From Octopus sinensis (Eukaryota): a stretch of DNA of 64,000 nt. Within the stretch, counting starts at the first letter, position 1, and every line of letters starts with the position of its first letter. The position numbers and the translations under genes are program-made. The notes under the pieces are model-generated. The model was not told the origin of the DNA and searched no databases. It saw nothing but the letters and a program-made list of their open reading frames with translations. Positions 12,916-25,379 of the stretch are shown piece after piece. Location: the NCBI RefSeq assembly GCF_006345805.1, contig NC_043000.1:149296001-149360000 (forward strand), in the 5' to 3' direction.

Positions 12916-13215
12916 ATAGGACACTGTCCACTAGCTTAAATTATAAATATAATCCATTATGTACAACCGGATAATTGAGTATGATATAATGCAATTCACT
13001 ATAGCTAAACTACCTAATACATCATAATCCATAGATATCTGCACTCCATATTTAATCCCCTTACCCGAACACAAATACCTCTAATTTGCATCTGCAACTG
13101 ATATTACCTCTTCCCCCAGACTTAAATTGAGTACTATTCTAATGCGGAATTAATTAATTAATAAATTTAAGTAACTAGAAATTTACAGAATTTCGATAGC
13201 GGTATATAAATATAT

Positions 13216-13284
<69 letters not shown>

Positions 13285-13500
13285 TAGGTGAATGAATTAT
13301 CCTATGTTTATCGTCAGCATGGAAAATTCGTTTAACCGAAACCTGGGTAGCAAATTTACGTCAGAAAACACGGTTGAAGCGACCTGTCAAGGGTAGAAAC
13401 TCCGGTTTCTTGTGTAGAAATATGCTGTCTTCGAAACATATGTCGAGAGTAAAGGAATTTTGTTAACATCTTCGTTCGACTCCATTCTTTCAATCATTTA

Positions 13501-13531
<31 letters not shown>

Positions 13532-13534
13532 ATT

Positions 13535-13573
<39 letters not shown>

Positions 13574-13583
13574 TATATATATA

Positions 13584-13698
13584 TTTCAACGGATTTCGGC
13601 CAAATTTGACATCGATGTTACTTAGTTTGGTTTGAAATAAGAACTTGATTAGCTTAATAATCCCGACTTAATCCCGGGCAAAGCCGGGTTATACTGCT

Positions 13699-13700
<2 letters not shown>
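13584..13700 (+). mobile_element. Helitron 3' end (second family)
   Basis: CCCGGGCAAAGCCGGG hairpin followed by CTGCTAG|T. Confidence 0.65.
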
Positions 13701-13767
<67 letters not shown>

Positions 13768-14309
13768 CCATGTAAACATTTTCTTCAAACTCTTCCCTTA
13801 GTTCTATTATTTTAATTATTGCACTTTCTCATTTACTTATTTTTAATTCTATTTTGCTCTTTTATTTGCCCATGCTGGCAATGGTTTATATATTTATTTG
13901 ATTTGTTTTTGCCATATCTGTTAACCATCAGCGAACCGGAACCACGTCATGGTTTTCAAAAAAAAAATAGCTGACCAATTAGGTTGTATGACTAACCATG
14001 ACCCCCACCCCACTACACATAGGGATTCAGGGACTGGTTGATCGGCAAAAAAATAACGAACACTAACACCGCACTTTAGTCACCACCTGGCTCCTTACTC
14101 TCATTAGTACACTCATATACCAAATTTTCCCAGGATGGGTTCACTGCTTATGCCATACCATCTGCATCGTTGCACATACTAACTAGCTGGCAGTTTATAT
14201 ACGAACTTTCACCTCCATAATACGAATCATGACTTCAAACCCACCACTGTAGTTCTATATAAACATAATGTGTAATGCAAACTACTGCCTAAATTCACCC
14301 TTCCTAAAA

Positions 14310-14705
14310 TGGAAGCACTCTGTCGGTTACGATGATGAGGGTTCCGGTTGATCCGAATCAACGGAACAGCCTGCTCGTGAAATTAACGTGTAAGTGGCTG
14401 AGCAGTCCACAGACACGTGCACCCTTAACGTAGTTCTCAGGAATATTCAGCGTGATATTCAGCGTGACACAGAGAGTGACAAGGCCGGCCCTTTGAAATA
14501 CAGGTACAACAGAAACAGGAAGTAAGAGTGAGAGAAAGTTGTGGTGAAAGAGTACAGCAGGGATCACCACCATCCCCTGCCGGAGCCTCGTGGAGCTTTT
14601 AGGTGTTTTCGCTCAATAAACACTCACAACGCCCGGTCTGGGAATCGAAACCGCGATCCTATGACCATGAGTCCGCTGCCCTAACCACTGGGCCATTGCG
14701 CCTCC
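14310..14705 (-). mobile_element. SINE family B with TSD
   Basis: Reverse complement of 4491..4883; TTCCTAAAA duplicated at 14301..14309 and 14706..14714. Confidence 0.9.
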
Positions 14706-15443
14706 TTCCTAAAAACTCCTCCCAAGAACAACTATACTCACCTATCCACCATTGGACGAAGTAACATGGATCCTTGAATACATCACGGAAGTTTGTAGCT
14801 TTTTTTCCATTCCTATGTCTAATTCATTTTCATAAGTTGTACTTATCTCACAGCCTCATGTTTTTTCTTTTTCTTTTTCTGCCCGTTTTGATAATGACAA
14901 ATACACTGTACCTTTTTAATAATGACAAAGAACTGTTTATTATAAGTAAGTATTAGCCCTCCTAACCACTTAGACCCTCTGAAGAAGCCTAGAGGCATAC
15001 TCATCATCCAAAATTTATCTGCCCATCCCTAAAGAACACTGAAGAGATGGAGATGGCAAGGAGATTTTCGTTGCCTCTTCGCAGAAACGGCCGTAAGGAA
15101 CTGATATTTTACTCTTTTCTGTAATATTAATATATGTGTGTGTAACATAGTTATTAGATGTGTATGTTTTCTTCTGATACTTTCTAATGCTTTCGAATGA
15201 ATATACCCACTGGAATGTCTACCGGCTGATGTATGTTGTTTTGTATCCTCTCCATTTTCTTATTTGCTGTATAAACTAAGGGTAAACCACTTTTTACCCC
15301 CCGCCCATATATGACACTCAATTGCGAAATTAGCATGCAATAACCAGCATTTGGGTATGAATAATTGGGTACACTACCAGCAGCATATTGGATAGGTACT
15401 ATCCCTTGGTTGGTTGTATTCCCAACCTCTAACTCTCACAGAA

Positions 15444-15477
<34 letters not shown>

Positions 15478-15517
15478 TATATAATATATATATATATATT
15501 AATATAATATATATATA

Positions 15518-15909
15518 CTAGCAGTATCGCCCGGCTTGCTCGGTTTTGTAAGGGAAATAACTATATAAGCATTTTTAGAGAGTTATAGTCAAAAAATAGC
15601 AAAAAATGCATTAAAAATGGAAAAAAATTATGGTAAATTATTTTTAAAATCGTTGACTCATCGTAGACATTTTTAGACGTTACTTCCCTTATATAATAGC
15701 GAAAAAATGCATTAAAATGGAAAAAAATTATGGTAAATTTTTTTAAAATCGTAGACTCATCGTAGACGCGCGCTAATCCCAGAAGGGCTCGATATGAATC
15801 ACGACTATAAGATACCCAGTTTTGTTTAAACTGCACCGCAAAAGTGTGGGGAGTAGTTAGGAATCTAAATCGTAGGAGACAGACACACAACTTCACTTTT
15901 ATATTAAAG

Positions 15910-15910
<1 letters not shown>
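15518..15910 (-). mobile_element. Non-autonomous Helitron with internal ~80-bp duplication
   Basis: Same family as 1073..1371; TC/CTAG ends and A|T site. Confidence 0.85.
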
Positions 15911-15963
<53 letters not shown>

Positions 15964-16169
15964 ACTGTTGTGTCCGGGGAGAGTCATTCTCTTTTAGTGC
16001 CTTATAATTTAACACAACACCGGTAAAGTTTCCACTCATTTACTTATTTATTTTCTAAAATTTTCGTTGCATCTTGCAACCTTTTCAATTGTTGTTGACT
16101 CTGTCCGTTATCCGAACTGCGTTCATTTGTTTGTTTGGGCGCATGTGTGTGGGTCAGTGTGTGTGCGCG

Positions 16170-16403
16170 CACACGTGCATGTATGTATGTATGTATGTAT
16201 GTAATGTATGTATGTATGTATGTATGTATGTATGTATGTATGTATGTATGCATGCCATGTATGTATGTTGTATTGTGATGTATGCATGCATGTATGTATG
16301 TATGTATGTATGTATGTATGCATGCATGTATGTATGTATGTATGTATGTATGTATGTATGTATGTATATGTTGTATGTATTTATGTGATTATGTATGTAT
16401 GTG

Positions 16404-16437
<34 letters not shown>

Positions 16438-16769
16438 TGTATGTATGTATGGTTATGTATTTATGTATGTATGTATGTATGTATGTATATATGTATGTAT
16501 GTATTTATGTATGTATGTATGTATGTATGTATTAGTATGTATGTATGTATGTATATATGTATGTATGTATTTATGTATGTATGTATGTATGTGGTATGTA
16601 TGTATGTATGTATGTATGTATGTATGTATGTATGTTATATGTATGTATGTATGTATGATGTATGTATGTATGTATGTATTTATGTATGTATGTATGTATG
16701 TATATATGTATGTATGTATTTATGTATGTATGTATGTATGTATGTATATATGTATGTATGTATGTAGTA

Positions 16770-16802
<33 letters not shown>

Positions 16803-17100
16803 TGTATGTATAGATGTATGTATGTATTTATGTATTATGTATGTATGTATATATGTATGTATGTATGTATATATGTATGTATGTTGTATGTATGTATGTT
16901 GTATGTATGTATGTAGTCTGTATGTATGTATGTATATATGTATGTATGCATGCATGTATTATGTATGTAATGTATGTATGTATGTATGTATGTATTTATG
17001 TATGTATGTATGTATGTATGTATGTATGCATGTATGCAAGCATGTATGTATGTATGTATGTGTGCATGTAAGTGTGTGTATGCATGTATGTGTGGGCATG
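16170..17100. repeat. (TATG)n microsatellite block
   Basis: Direct reading; source of the MYVC and HTYI ORFs. Confidence 0.95.
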
Positions 17101-17552
17101 CGTGCGTATGTATATATATATATATATATATATATGTTTGTACGTTTGTATGTATTCTGCGTATTCATGTGTTTGTGCTTTTGTGTGTTCGTGTTTGTGA
17201 TTTTATGTGTGTGTGGGTGCTTGCATGTAGTGTTGTGTTTGTATCCATCTGTCTCCTTATGTGTGCATGTCTGAGTGTGTGTGCGTGTGTGTGTGTGTGT
17301 GGGGGGGGGGGTTGTGATTATGTACTGTGTCTGTATGTATGAATGTGTATCTCCATATGTGTGTGTGTGTGTCCGTGTGTCCATATGTGTCCTTGTGTGA
17401 AGTGAAGTGTGTGTGTATATATATATGGTCATGTGTTTCAATCTTCATTTGCGTATGTGTGTGTATGTGTACTTGTCTGTTTATATTACCTGTGTATCTA
17501 TCCGTCTGTATATCTATATGTTTACTTCCATATCCATTTGCCTACATACATG

Positions 17553-17584
<32 letters not shown>

Positions 17585-17632
17585 TACACACACACACACA
17601 CATACACACACACACACACATACACACACACA

Positions 17633-17672
<40 letters not shown>

Positions 17673-17999
17673 ACACATCTACATAACAGTCCACTACATA
17701 TTCTACCTGTATATAAATATAAACTGTGGGTATGGGGGTATGATTACCTGCTACATATATTTCCTATTTAGTATTGGGGGGTGTTTCATTTTGTGAGGAC
17801 GTACTTCTGTATTTGTCTGACGGTTGGGTCCTTTGGGTGCCTGGATAAGATGCGGCTGTCAAGTTGACCCAGGTTGCTTCCATGTTGGTCCTTGGCATGT
17901 TGGTAGAGTATGGAAGAAACAAGCTTCTTATCACATAGCCATCTCTGCGCCTATATACATACATACATACATACATACATACATACATACATACATACA

Positions 18000-18030
<31 letters not shown>

Positions 18031-18065
18031 GTATGTGTGTGTTTGATACATATGTATGTATGTAC

Positions 18066-18096
<31 letters not shown>

Positions 18097-18526
18097 TGTA
18101 TGTATGTATGTATGTATGTATGTATGTACAAATGTATTTATGTATGTAGGTATGGCAGAAATTAAATAAACGACAAAGGAACAGGGAATTATCTAAAATT
18201 ATTTTTTTTTCCTATATATATATATATGTATATATGTAGATCGATAAATTCACATTTTTAATTGCGATGCTTTAAAAATTGTCGATAAATGTACAGTAAT
18301 CTTGTTTCATGCTCGAGCGCTCGTGTGTGTGCGTGTGTATACGTACATGTGCACCAACCCAAGTCTACAAGGACGCAATCAATGAAAATCACTATTATAA
18401 GAAGAAAAATAGCTTATAAACACCTTCCACGCTGCAAAAAATAAATAAATAAATAACCAAAAAAAAAAAAAACAATAACAGCTTTACCTACAGATAGAAA
18501 AATAAAGGCTTAAGAAGTATATAAAA

Positions 18527-18925
18527 CTAACAATATCGCCCGGCGTTGCTCGGGTTTGTAAGGGAAATAACTATATAAGCATTTTTAGAGATGTAAAGTA
18601 TAATAGCCATCTCAATATGGCTAACCACAAAGGGGGGAGGGGTGTTACTGTAGCTTTTTACGTTCTGAGATTTAATAATAAATTTTTAGAGAGTTACTTC
18701 CCTTATATATGCCAAAAATGCATTAAAATGGGAAAAATTGATGGTAAATTTTTTTAAAATCGTAGACTCATCGTAGACGCGCGCTAATACCCAGAAGGGC
18801 TCGATATGAATCACGACTATAAGATACCCGGTTTTGGTTAAACTGCACCGCAAAATGTGGGAGTAGTTAGGAATCTAAATCGTAGGAGACAGACACTCAC
18901 ACAACTTCACTTTTATATATAAAGA
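18527..18925 (-). mobile_element. Non-autonomous Helitron
   Basis: Same family; the 3' end reads CTAA on the + strand (mutated CTAG). Confidence 0.8.
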
Positions 18926-18990
18926 TTATGCTGTGATAAAAAAACAACAACCAGCTTTTTATTTACACACACACACACACACACACACAG

Positions 18991-19058
<68 letters not shown>

Positions 19059-19109
19059 TATATATTATATATATATATATATACAGTTGAAACAGTCCGG
19101 TTACAACCT

Positions 19110-19153
19110 GGGACCTCGAAGACTGCTTTAATGCAAGAAAGTATACTAGTCCC
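19110..19153 (+). ncRNA. Minimal type-I hammerhead ribozyme (1-nt core insertion)
   Basis: GGGAC-CUCGAAGA-C-UGC(UUUAAU)GCA-A-GAAA-GUAUAC-UA|GUCCC. Stem I is 5 bp; helix III is the palindrome AGUAUACU. Confidence 0.65.
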
Positions 19154-19243
19154 TTAATATTTTATATTTGATATTCAATATTTCATCTCTTCAATAAGAC
19201 AATCAATACTGCATTTCATTTTACTATATATACTATTGATACT

Positions 19244-19470
19244 GGCGAGCTGGCAGAAACGTTAGCGCGCCGGACGAAATGCTTAGCGGTATTTCGTCTG
19301 TCGTTACGTTCTGAGTTCAAATTCCGCCGGGGTCGACTTTGCCTTTCATCCTCTAGGGATCAATAAATAAAGTACCAGTTTCGCACTGGGTCGATATAAT
19401 TGACTTAATCCCTTTGTCTGTCCTTGTTTGTCCCCTCTATGTTTAGCCCCTTGTGGGTAGTAAAGAAATA
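19244..19470 (+). mobile_element. tRNA-derived SINE family D
   Basis: GGCGAGCTGGCAG...GAGTTCAAATTCC head, GTCGACTTTGCCTTTCATCC core, and tail ending GTAAAGAAATA. Confidence 0.85.
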
Positions 19471-19631
19471 TATATATTCTATATTCTACATTAATATTAT
19501 AAAGAATATAAATAAAATATAAAAAACAGAGTTGGAATTGCTTTGAATAATATATATATATATATATATATAGTGAAATGTGTACTTACATATAAAACAA
19601 GGTGTATGTACGCTGCTATATGTATATATAA

Positions 19632-20011
19632 AAATACAAAATGGGATAAGAACGCAAAACATTCAAATAGACGATACAAAAACACGGACGGGTCATTCGA
19701 AGCCTCTAATCTTCAGTCAAGAACCGGATCATCCTCGCAATTTCGGCTGATTAATCTTGAGATTGCTCCAATCTGGCCAGCCCCAAGGAAAAACTAAGCT
19801 ACGAGCAAGATTTCTTGAAATCTCAAGAAATCTAATACTCGTAGCTTAGTTTTTCCTTGGGGCTGGCCAGATTGGAGCAATCTCAAGATTAATCAGCCGA
19901 AATTGCGAGGATGATCCGGTTCTTGACTGAAGATTAGAGGCTTCGAATGACCCGTCCGTGTTTTTGTATCGTCTATTTGAATGTTTTGCGTTCTTATCTC
20001 ATTTTGTATTT
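19632..20011. repeat. Near-perfect fold-back (~187-bp arms, 4-nt loop)
   Basis: 19632..19818 is the reverse complement of 19823..20011; flanked by (TA)n. Confidence 0.9.
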
Positions 20012-20266
20012 ATATATATATATATATATATATACATAAGAGAGTTACTACAATCAATATGGCTGAACACGACATCAGCAACACAGAATGAAAACAACAG
20101 CTCAACTGGTAAACAGATTCTTTCTAACTGTATAGCTGTAGTTAAAGCAGAAACCGTAAGTGCAAAACTCACTTTTTTTTTTGAGTTATGAATTCAATAC
20201 TGATTTATTCAACTGTGATGAAAGAGCGAAACAAGACTCCGTTGTTGGCTATATGAAACGATTTAG

Positions 20267-20647
20267 TGGTGGCGCAATGGCCCAGTGGTTAGGGCAGCGG
20301 ACTCGCGGTCATAGGATCGCGGTTTCGATTCCCAGACCGGGCGTTGTGAGTGTTTATTGAGCGAAAACACCTAAAGCTCCACGAGGCTCCGGCAGGGATG
20401 GTGGTGATCCCTGCTGTACTCTTTCACCACAACTTTTCTCACTCTTACTGTCCTGTTTCTGTTTACCTGCATTTCAAGGGGCCGGCCTTGTCACTCTCTG
20501 TGTCACGCTGAATATCCCCGAGAACTACGTTAAGGGTGCACGTGTCTGTGGAGTGCTCAGCCACTTACACGTTAATTTCACGAGCAGGCTGTTCCGTTGA
20601 TTCGGATCAACCGGAACCCTCATCGTCGTAACCGACGGAGTGCTTCC
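20267..20647 (+). mobile_element. SINE family B with 12-bp TSD
   Basis: ATATGAAACGAT at 20251..20262 and 20648..20659. Confidence 0.9.
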
Positions 20648-20974
20648 ATATGAAACGATCGTAATCATATTGGGACGATCTGCATCCAGAATTAGATAAC
20701 TTTTCTACGAAATAATTATCCCAACAAGCAACGTTTGTGACACGTAGGAAGACGGTTAATGAATTAACCTTCTGCCCAACACTATAAACGAAAACAAAAA
20801 CGTGCACGATGTGAGAACATCACGGGGTTTCGCAATTAGCGACATTACAACAGATTCCTATACTACTGGCCAGCCAAACAGCATTACTGGTTAAAGTAAC
20901 TGATCGCTGTTCCCCTTATTACGAGTAAGATAAATTGTAGGTACAACTGCAACGATTATTGTAGTAGTAGTAGT

Positions 20975-21012
<38 letters not shown>

Positions 21013-21059
21013 TAGTAGTAGTAGAGGAGGAGGAGGAGGGGCGTTCAATAAGTAATGCC

Positions 21060-22271
21060 GGATCTTTTCAATTCTGAAGCCAGGACCACAGATCTTTCTA
21101 CTTAACTAAATATTCTGAAACTTCGTATGCTGATAGAGTCTAGCAAAACAAGACACAGGTTGGAACTAGTTTATTTGAGAAAAATCTATTTTATGACTTT
21201 AATCGTAGATTAAAACTGCGAATTTTAACCAATCAGATTGTTTGTTTTCATGTGTAAAACTTGACTGCATTCTATTAGTGTGACGTAGAAAGCGCTTTTG
21301 TGACGTACTAACGTTCGGAAAACTGTAAACAAACACAGAACGTAACGGCAGACGAAATACGGCTACGCATTTCGCCCGGCGTGCTAACGTTTCTGCCAGC
21401 TCTTTGCTTTTTTAATATTACCTTTCGGCGAAGTTTCGCTTGTCGTAGCACAAGTTTTCCGTCGATTTCCGTAAAAAACTTTTATTTTTTACATAAGTAA
21501 TGAGAGCGAAAGAGACTAAGAGGAAGCGATTTTATGACGAGGGAAGTTTGTCTTTGAAGTTACCGTCTAGGGGAAGCATTGATGTACATGTGTGGTGTGT
21601 GTGTTTTTGATGGGGTGTGGGAGACAGTATGTTGTGTAGTGAAGTGCTTCTGTTAGTGTGTGTGAAGAGACAGAGAGAGTAATGTGTGAAAGAGAGAGAT
21701 AACTGAAATTTTTTACTCGGTGTATGTGTATATGTATGTCTGCATGTATGTGTGTGTGGTATGTATCTATGTATGTATGGCCGATCATCGTAATTACGAT
21801 GAATCGGCCATACATACATACACACACACACATACATACACACACACACATACTTACACACATACACACACACATACATGTAGACATACAGAATGGAAAC
21901 ATTTTCAATTTAATACATGTGTGGCTATTAACTAGTTTTAAATATTGTTATTAGAAGGTGGCTGACTATAGGATCCTGGAAACATGAGTACGTTAAATAA
22001 TTAGAAGGATGCGCTTGTTTACATTTAAGATGTTTAATACGTCACGAAAGGGTGGTCGAGACGGAGTAAATAAAATAAAGCCGAATGACGGAATATCATT
22101 GGTTAAAATTCTAATTATTAAACAACGTTAAACTTAGAAGTTACAATTCCGTTTTCATTCTGGTTTACAATTAAGTTTACTTTTGACACATTCTACCAGT
22201 ATACGAAGTTTCAAATTGTTTGGTTCAGTAGGAAAAATTTGAAAAAACTGGCTTCAGAATAGAAAAGATCC
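21060..22271. mobile_element. MITE-like element with GG-starting TIRs and 8-bp TSD
   Basis: TIR GGATCTTTTC(A/T)ATTCTGAAGCCAG matches 23/24 and extends imperfectly to about 85 bp. TSD GTAATGCC at 21052..21059 and 22272..22279. Confidence 0.85.
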
Positions 22272-22422
22272 GTAATGCCTCTGACCCACTTGCCTTTGTT
22301 TGATTTAGCTGAAATTTTGCATGTGCAATTATTAATATCTCTATAGATTAAGTGGCAAATTACAGCTCCGAACTAATTGTGGTTTCTGATTTACATGTGT
22401 TTGAAATGAGTCAAGTGGGAAA

Positions 22423-23445
22423 TGGAGCATGTTGAGTACCGAGCAGTGATCTGGTTTTTGTATTTGAAATGACGCACACCACAGGAGACTTTTAATGAAA
22501 TGAAAGTAACTTATGGTGATGATGCCCCATCATATGACCTTGTAAAACGCTGGCATCGTGAATTCAAACATGGTCGGAACTCTGTGGAAACAGCTCCCAG
22601 ATCTGGTCGCACCCCTTCTGCCATTGATGAGGCATCTGTCCGTCAAGTTGAGGCTGCCATTTTGGAAGATGGACGCATAACTATTCGCCAAATAGCCCAT
22701 GAGGTCAAGATTAGTACCGGGTCTGTGGAAACTATCATTCATGACCATTTGCATATGCAAAAGGTGTCTGTCAGAGGGATTCCCAGGTTGCTCACACTTT
22801 TCCAGAAGCAAGAACGCAAGAATTCCAGAAGCAAGAATTTAGGGATGTGCCAAGAAGATGAGTCAAAATTTTTCAAAAGACTGATTGCACAGAATGAGAC
22901 CTGGGTCCAGTCAATGCAGTGGAAGCACCATGACTCACCTCCTCCAAAGAAGGCAAGGGTGCAGCCCTCCGCTGGCAAGGTCATGCTCACAGTCTTCTGG
23001 GACCAGGACGGAGTAGTGATGACAGATTTCCTGGCAAAGGGTACCACAATTACAGGAGCCTATAATGTTTCACTTTTGAGGAAATTAAGAGAAGCTATCG
23101 AAACCAAGAGGCGGGGCAAGATCAGCAAAGGCATCCTCTCCTGCAGGACAACGCTCCGGTCCACAACTCGCGTGTCGCCAAATCAGAAGCACAGGCGTGC
23201 GGCTATGAACTCTTCCCCCATCCCCCTACTCTCCTGACCTTGCACCCTCTGATTTTCACCTCTTCCCAGCCATGAAGTTGTTTTTGAAAGGAAAGCGTTT
23301 CCCAGATGATTCAGCCTTGATTTCTGAAGTCACGTCGTGGTTGGAGGACCAAGCTGGGGTCTTCTATGAAAACGGTCTTCAGAGCTGCATCAAACGATGG
23401 GAGAAATGCGTACCTCTGGGTTGTTCCTATGTAGAAAAAGACTAA
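22423..23445 (+). pseudogene. Mariner transposase pseudogene
   Basis: RSGRTP HTH region, SAGKVMLTVFWD, QDNAPVH (frameshifted) and YSPDLAPSDFHLF; early TGA and frameshifts. Confidence 0.9.
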
Positions 23446-23517
23446 TACCTGTGCCAAGTTTCGTTGCTCTACTGCTATGGGAAGTAGGTCAGGGGCATTA
23501 CTTATTGAACGCCCCTC

Positions 23518-23591
<74 letters not shown>

Positions 23592-24081
23592 CAGGATTAT
23601 GTTATCGGTGAAATATCCCGTCACTGAAATTTTTCGAGATAAAATAACTTCAGCTTTGAAGCACTCTCGCAAGGAGACTATTGTTTTGAGCTGAGCGGGG
23701 GTGCTAGATTCCCTTGTTCGAAAATATAAGGACACAGATGGTGTCGTACAGCCAGCTGGAGACGATTTTGGAGCAGGTGCCTTTTTCAGATCTTTGTGGC
23801 TATCGTCACTGCATGTTGAAATCTTTTTTAAAAAAAAACTTTTTAAAGTATCATATAGATGTCATTTTTGACGCTGAATCCGAATTTGTTATTCATTTAC
23901 TACAGAAAAATTTTGCGAAAATGTTGCAGGTGTTCAAAGTTTGATAATGTTTAGAATTTTCAGCCAATCAGAAAACAGCGCGTTCGCTGCCTCTTCCATC
24001 ATCTGTCACAGTAGCGCGCAAGAGGCGGGGGGCGGGGGGGGGCACCGGCATGTCAAAACATTAGACTAGCTACAGTAAACA

Positions 24082-24332
24082 GGCGCAGGAGTGGCTGTGT
24101 GGTAAGTAGCTTGTTTACCAGCCACGTGGTTCCGGGTTCAGTCCCACTGTGTGGCATCTTGGACAAGTGTCTTCTACTATAGCCTCGGGCCGACCAAAGC
24201 CTTGTGAGTGGATTTGCTTGACGGAAACTGAAAGAAGCCCGTCGTATATATGTATATATATATATATAATATATATATATATATTATATATATATATATA
24301 TATCGTGACGTATATTTGCCATTTGGTGTTAT

Positions 24333-24413
<81 letters not shown>

Positions 24414-24625
24414 TGTGTGTCTGTGTTTGTCCCCTTAGCATTGCTTGACAACCGATGCTGGTGTGTTTATGCCCCTGTCGCTTAGCGGTTCGGCAAAAAG
24501 AGACCGATAGAATAAGTACTGAGCTTACAAAGAATAAGTCCCGGTCGATTTGCTCGACTAAAGGCGGTGCTCCAGCATGGCCGCAGTCAAATGACTGAAA
24601 CAAGTAAAAGAGAGTAAAAAGAGAG
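24082..24625 (+). mobile_element. SINE family A with expanded internal microsatellite
   Basis: Homology; internal (TA)n(TG)n of about 175 nt. Confidence 0.9.
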
Positions 24626-25379
24626 TGAAAAACATTAAAAGATTCGCGAGCAAATTAAATATTTAAAAGCTACGAGCAAACCAACAGGAGTTGCTAGAAA
24701 TAACAGTCAAAACATTGCTTAAAACAGACATTTATTAGTTAGAAACCTCAAGAACGAAAGTTTGCAATACACTCTAAGATTATCTTAAGTTATCTTTCTC
24801 GTTTCTCCTTCTCCACATAAATTCACAACGGTAAGAGTCAGCCATGGAACGGTGTGCCTCACACCGTCTTTTGTTTCCACGCTTTAAAGATGCCCAGGCA
24901 CTCTCAATTTGTTGATTGCACTCAATTTGATGGTTAAACTCCTTGTGCGCATGCGCAGAATCTTTGGTTACTATGGAAAAAGAGTTCTTCGCACTCAGCT
25001 ATGGAACACGTGATGCTTCTTTGCTTAATATGCTAACAGAAGTTAACGCTGATGTGTAAAATACTTCTGATTGGTTAAAATACCCAAGTTTTGCAAATTT
25101 GAAAGGCTAATAACTTTTTAGTTAAGAATTTATAAGAAAAATTAATTTTATTTTCATAATTAGTATACAAAACTTAATCCATATACCAAATTTGAAAACA
25201 GTTGGAACAAAATTGAAGACAGTGATGATAACCACAAAGACCTCCTTTTCCCTTATTTTTTCAACTACAGGTGTATGATCAGGGCAGGTCCGTTCACCCG
25301 CACCATTCTCGCCACTTTCATCCACCTTTCAGAAAATTGGCTAGAAAACAACACTTCCTCTCTACCCTTATTTTCATTT

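Larger units (their letters stand above)
21035..23518 (+). mobile_element. Mariner element with both TIRs, in a (TAG)n array; left TIR interrupted
   Basis: GAGGGGCGTTCAATAAGTAATGCC at left; GGCATTACTTATTGAACGCCCCTCG|TA at right. Confidence 0.9.

Noticed and set aside
19920-19960. Hammerhead in the palindromic element arms (CTGAAGA...CGAATG)
   Set aside because: No GAAA, no closing helix III/NUH and no stem I could be built.
23600-25230. Possible DNA-transposon subterminal fragments
   Set aside because: No paired TIRs, TSD or coding motif to support a call.
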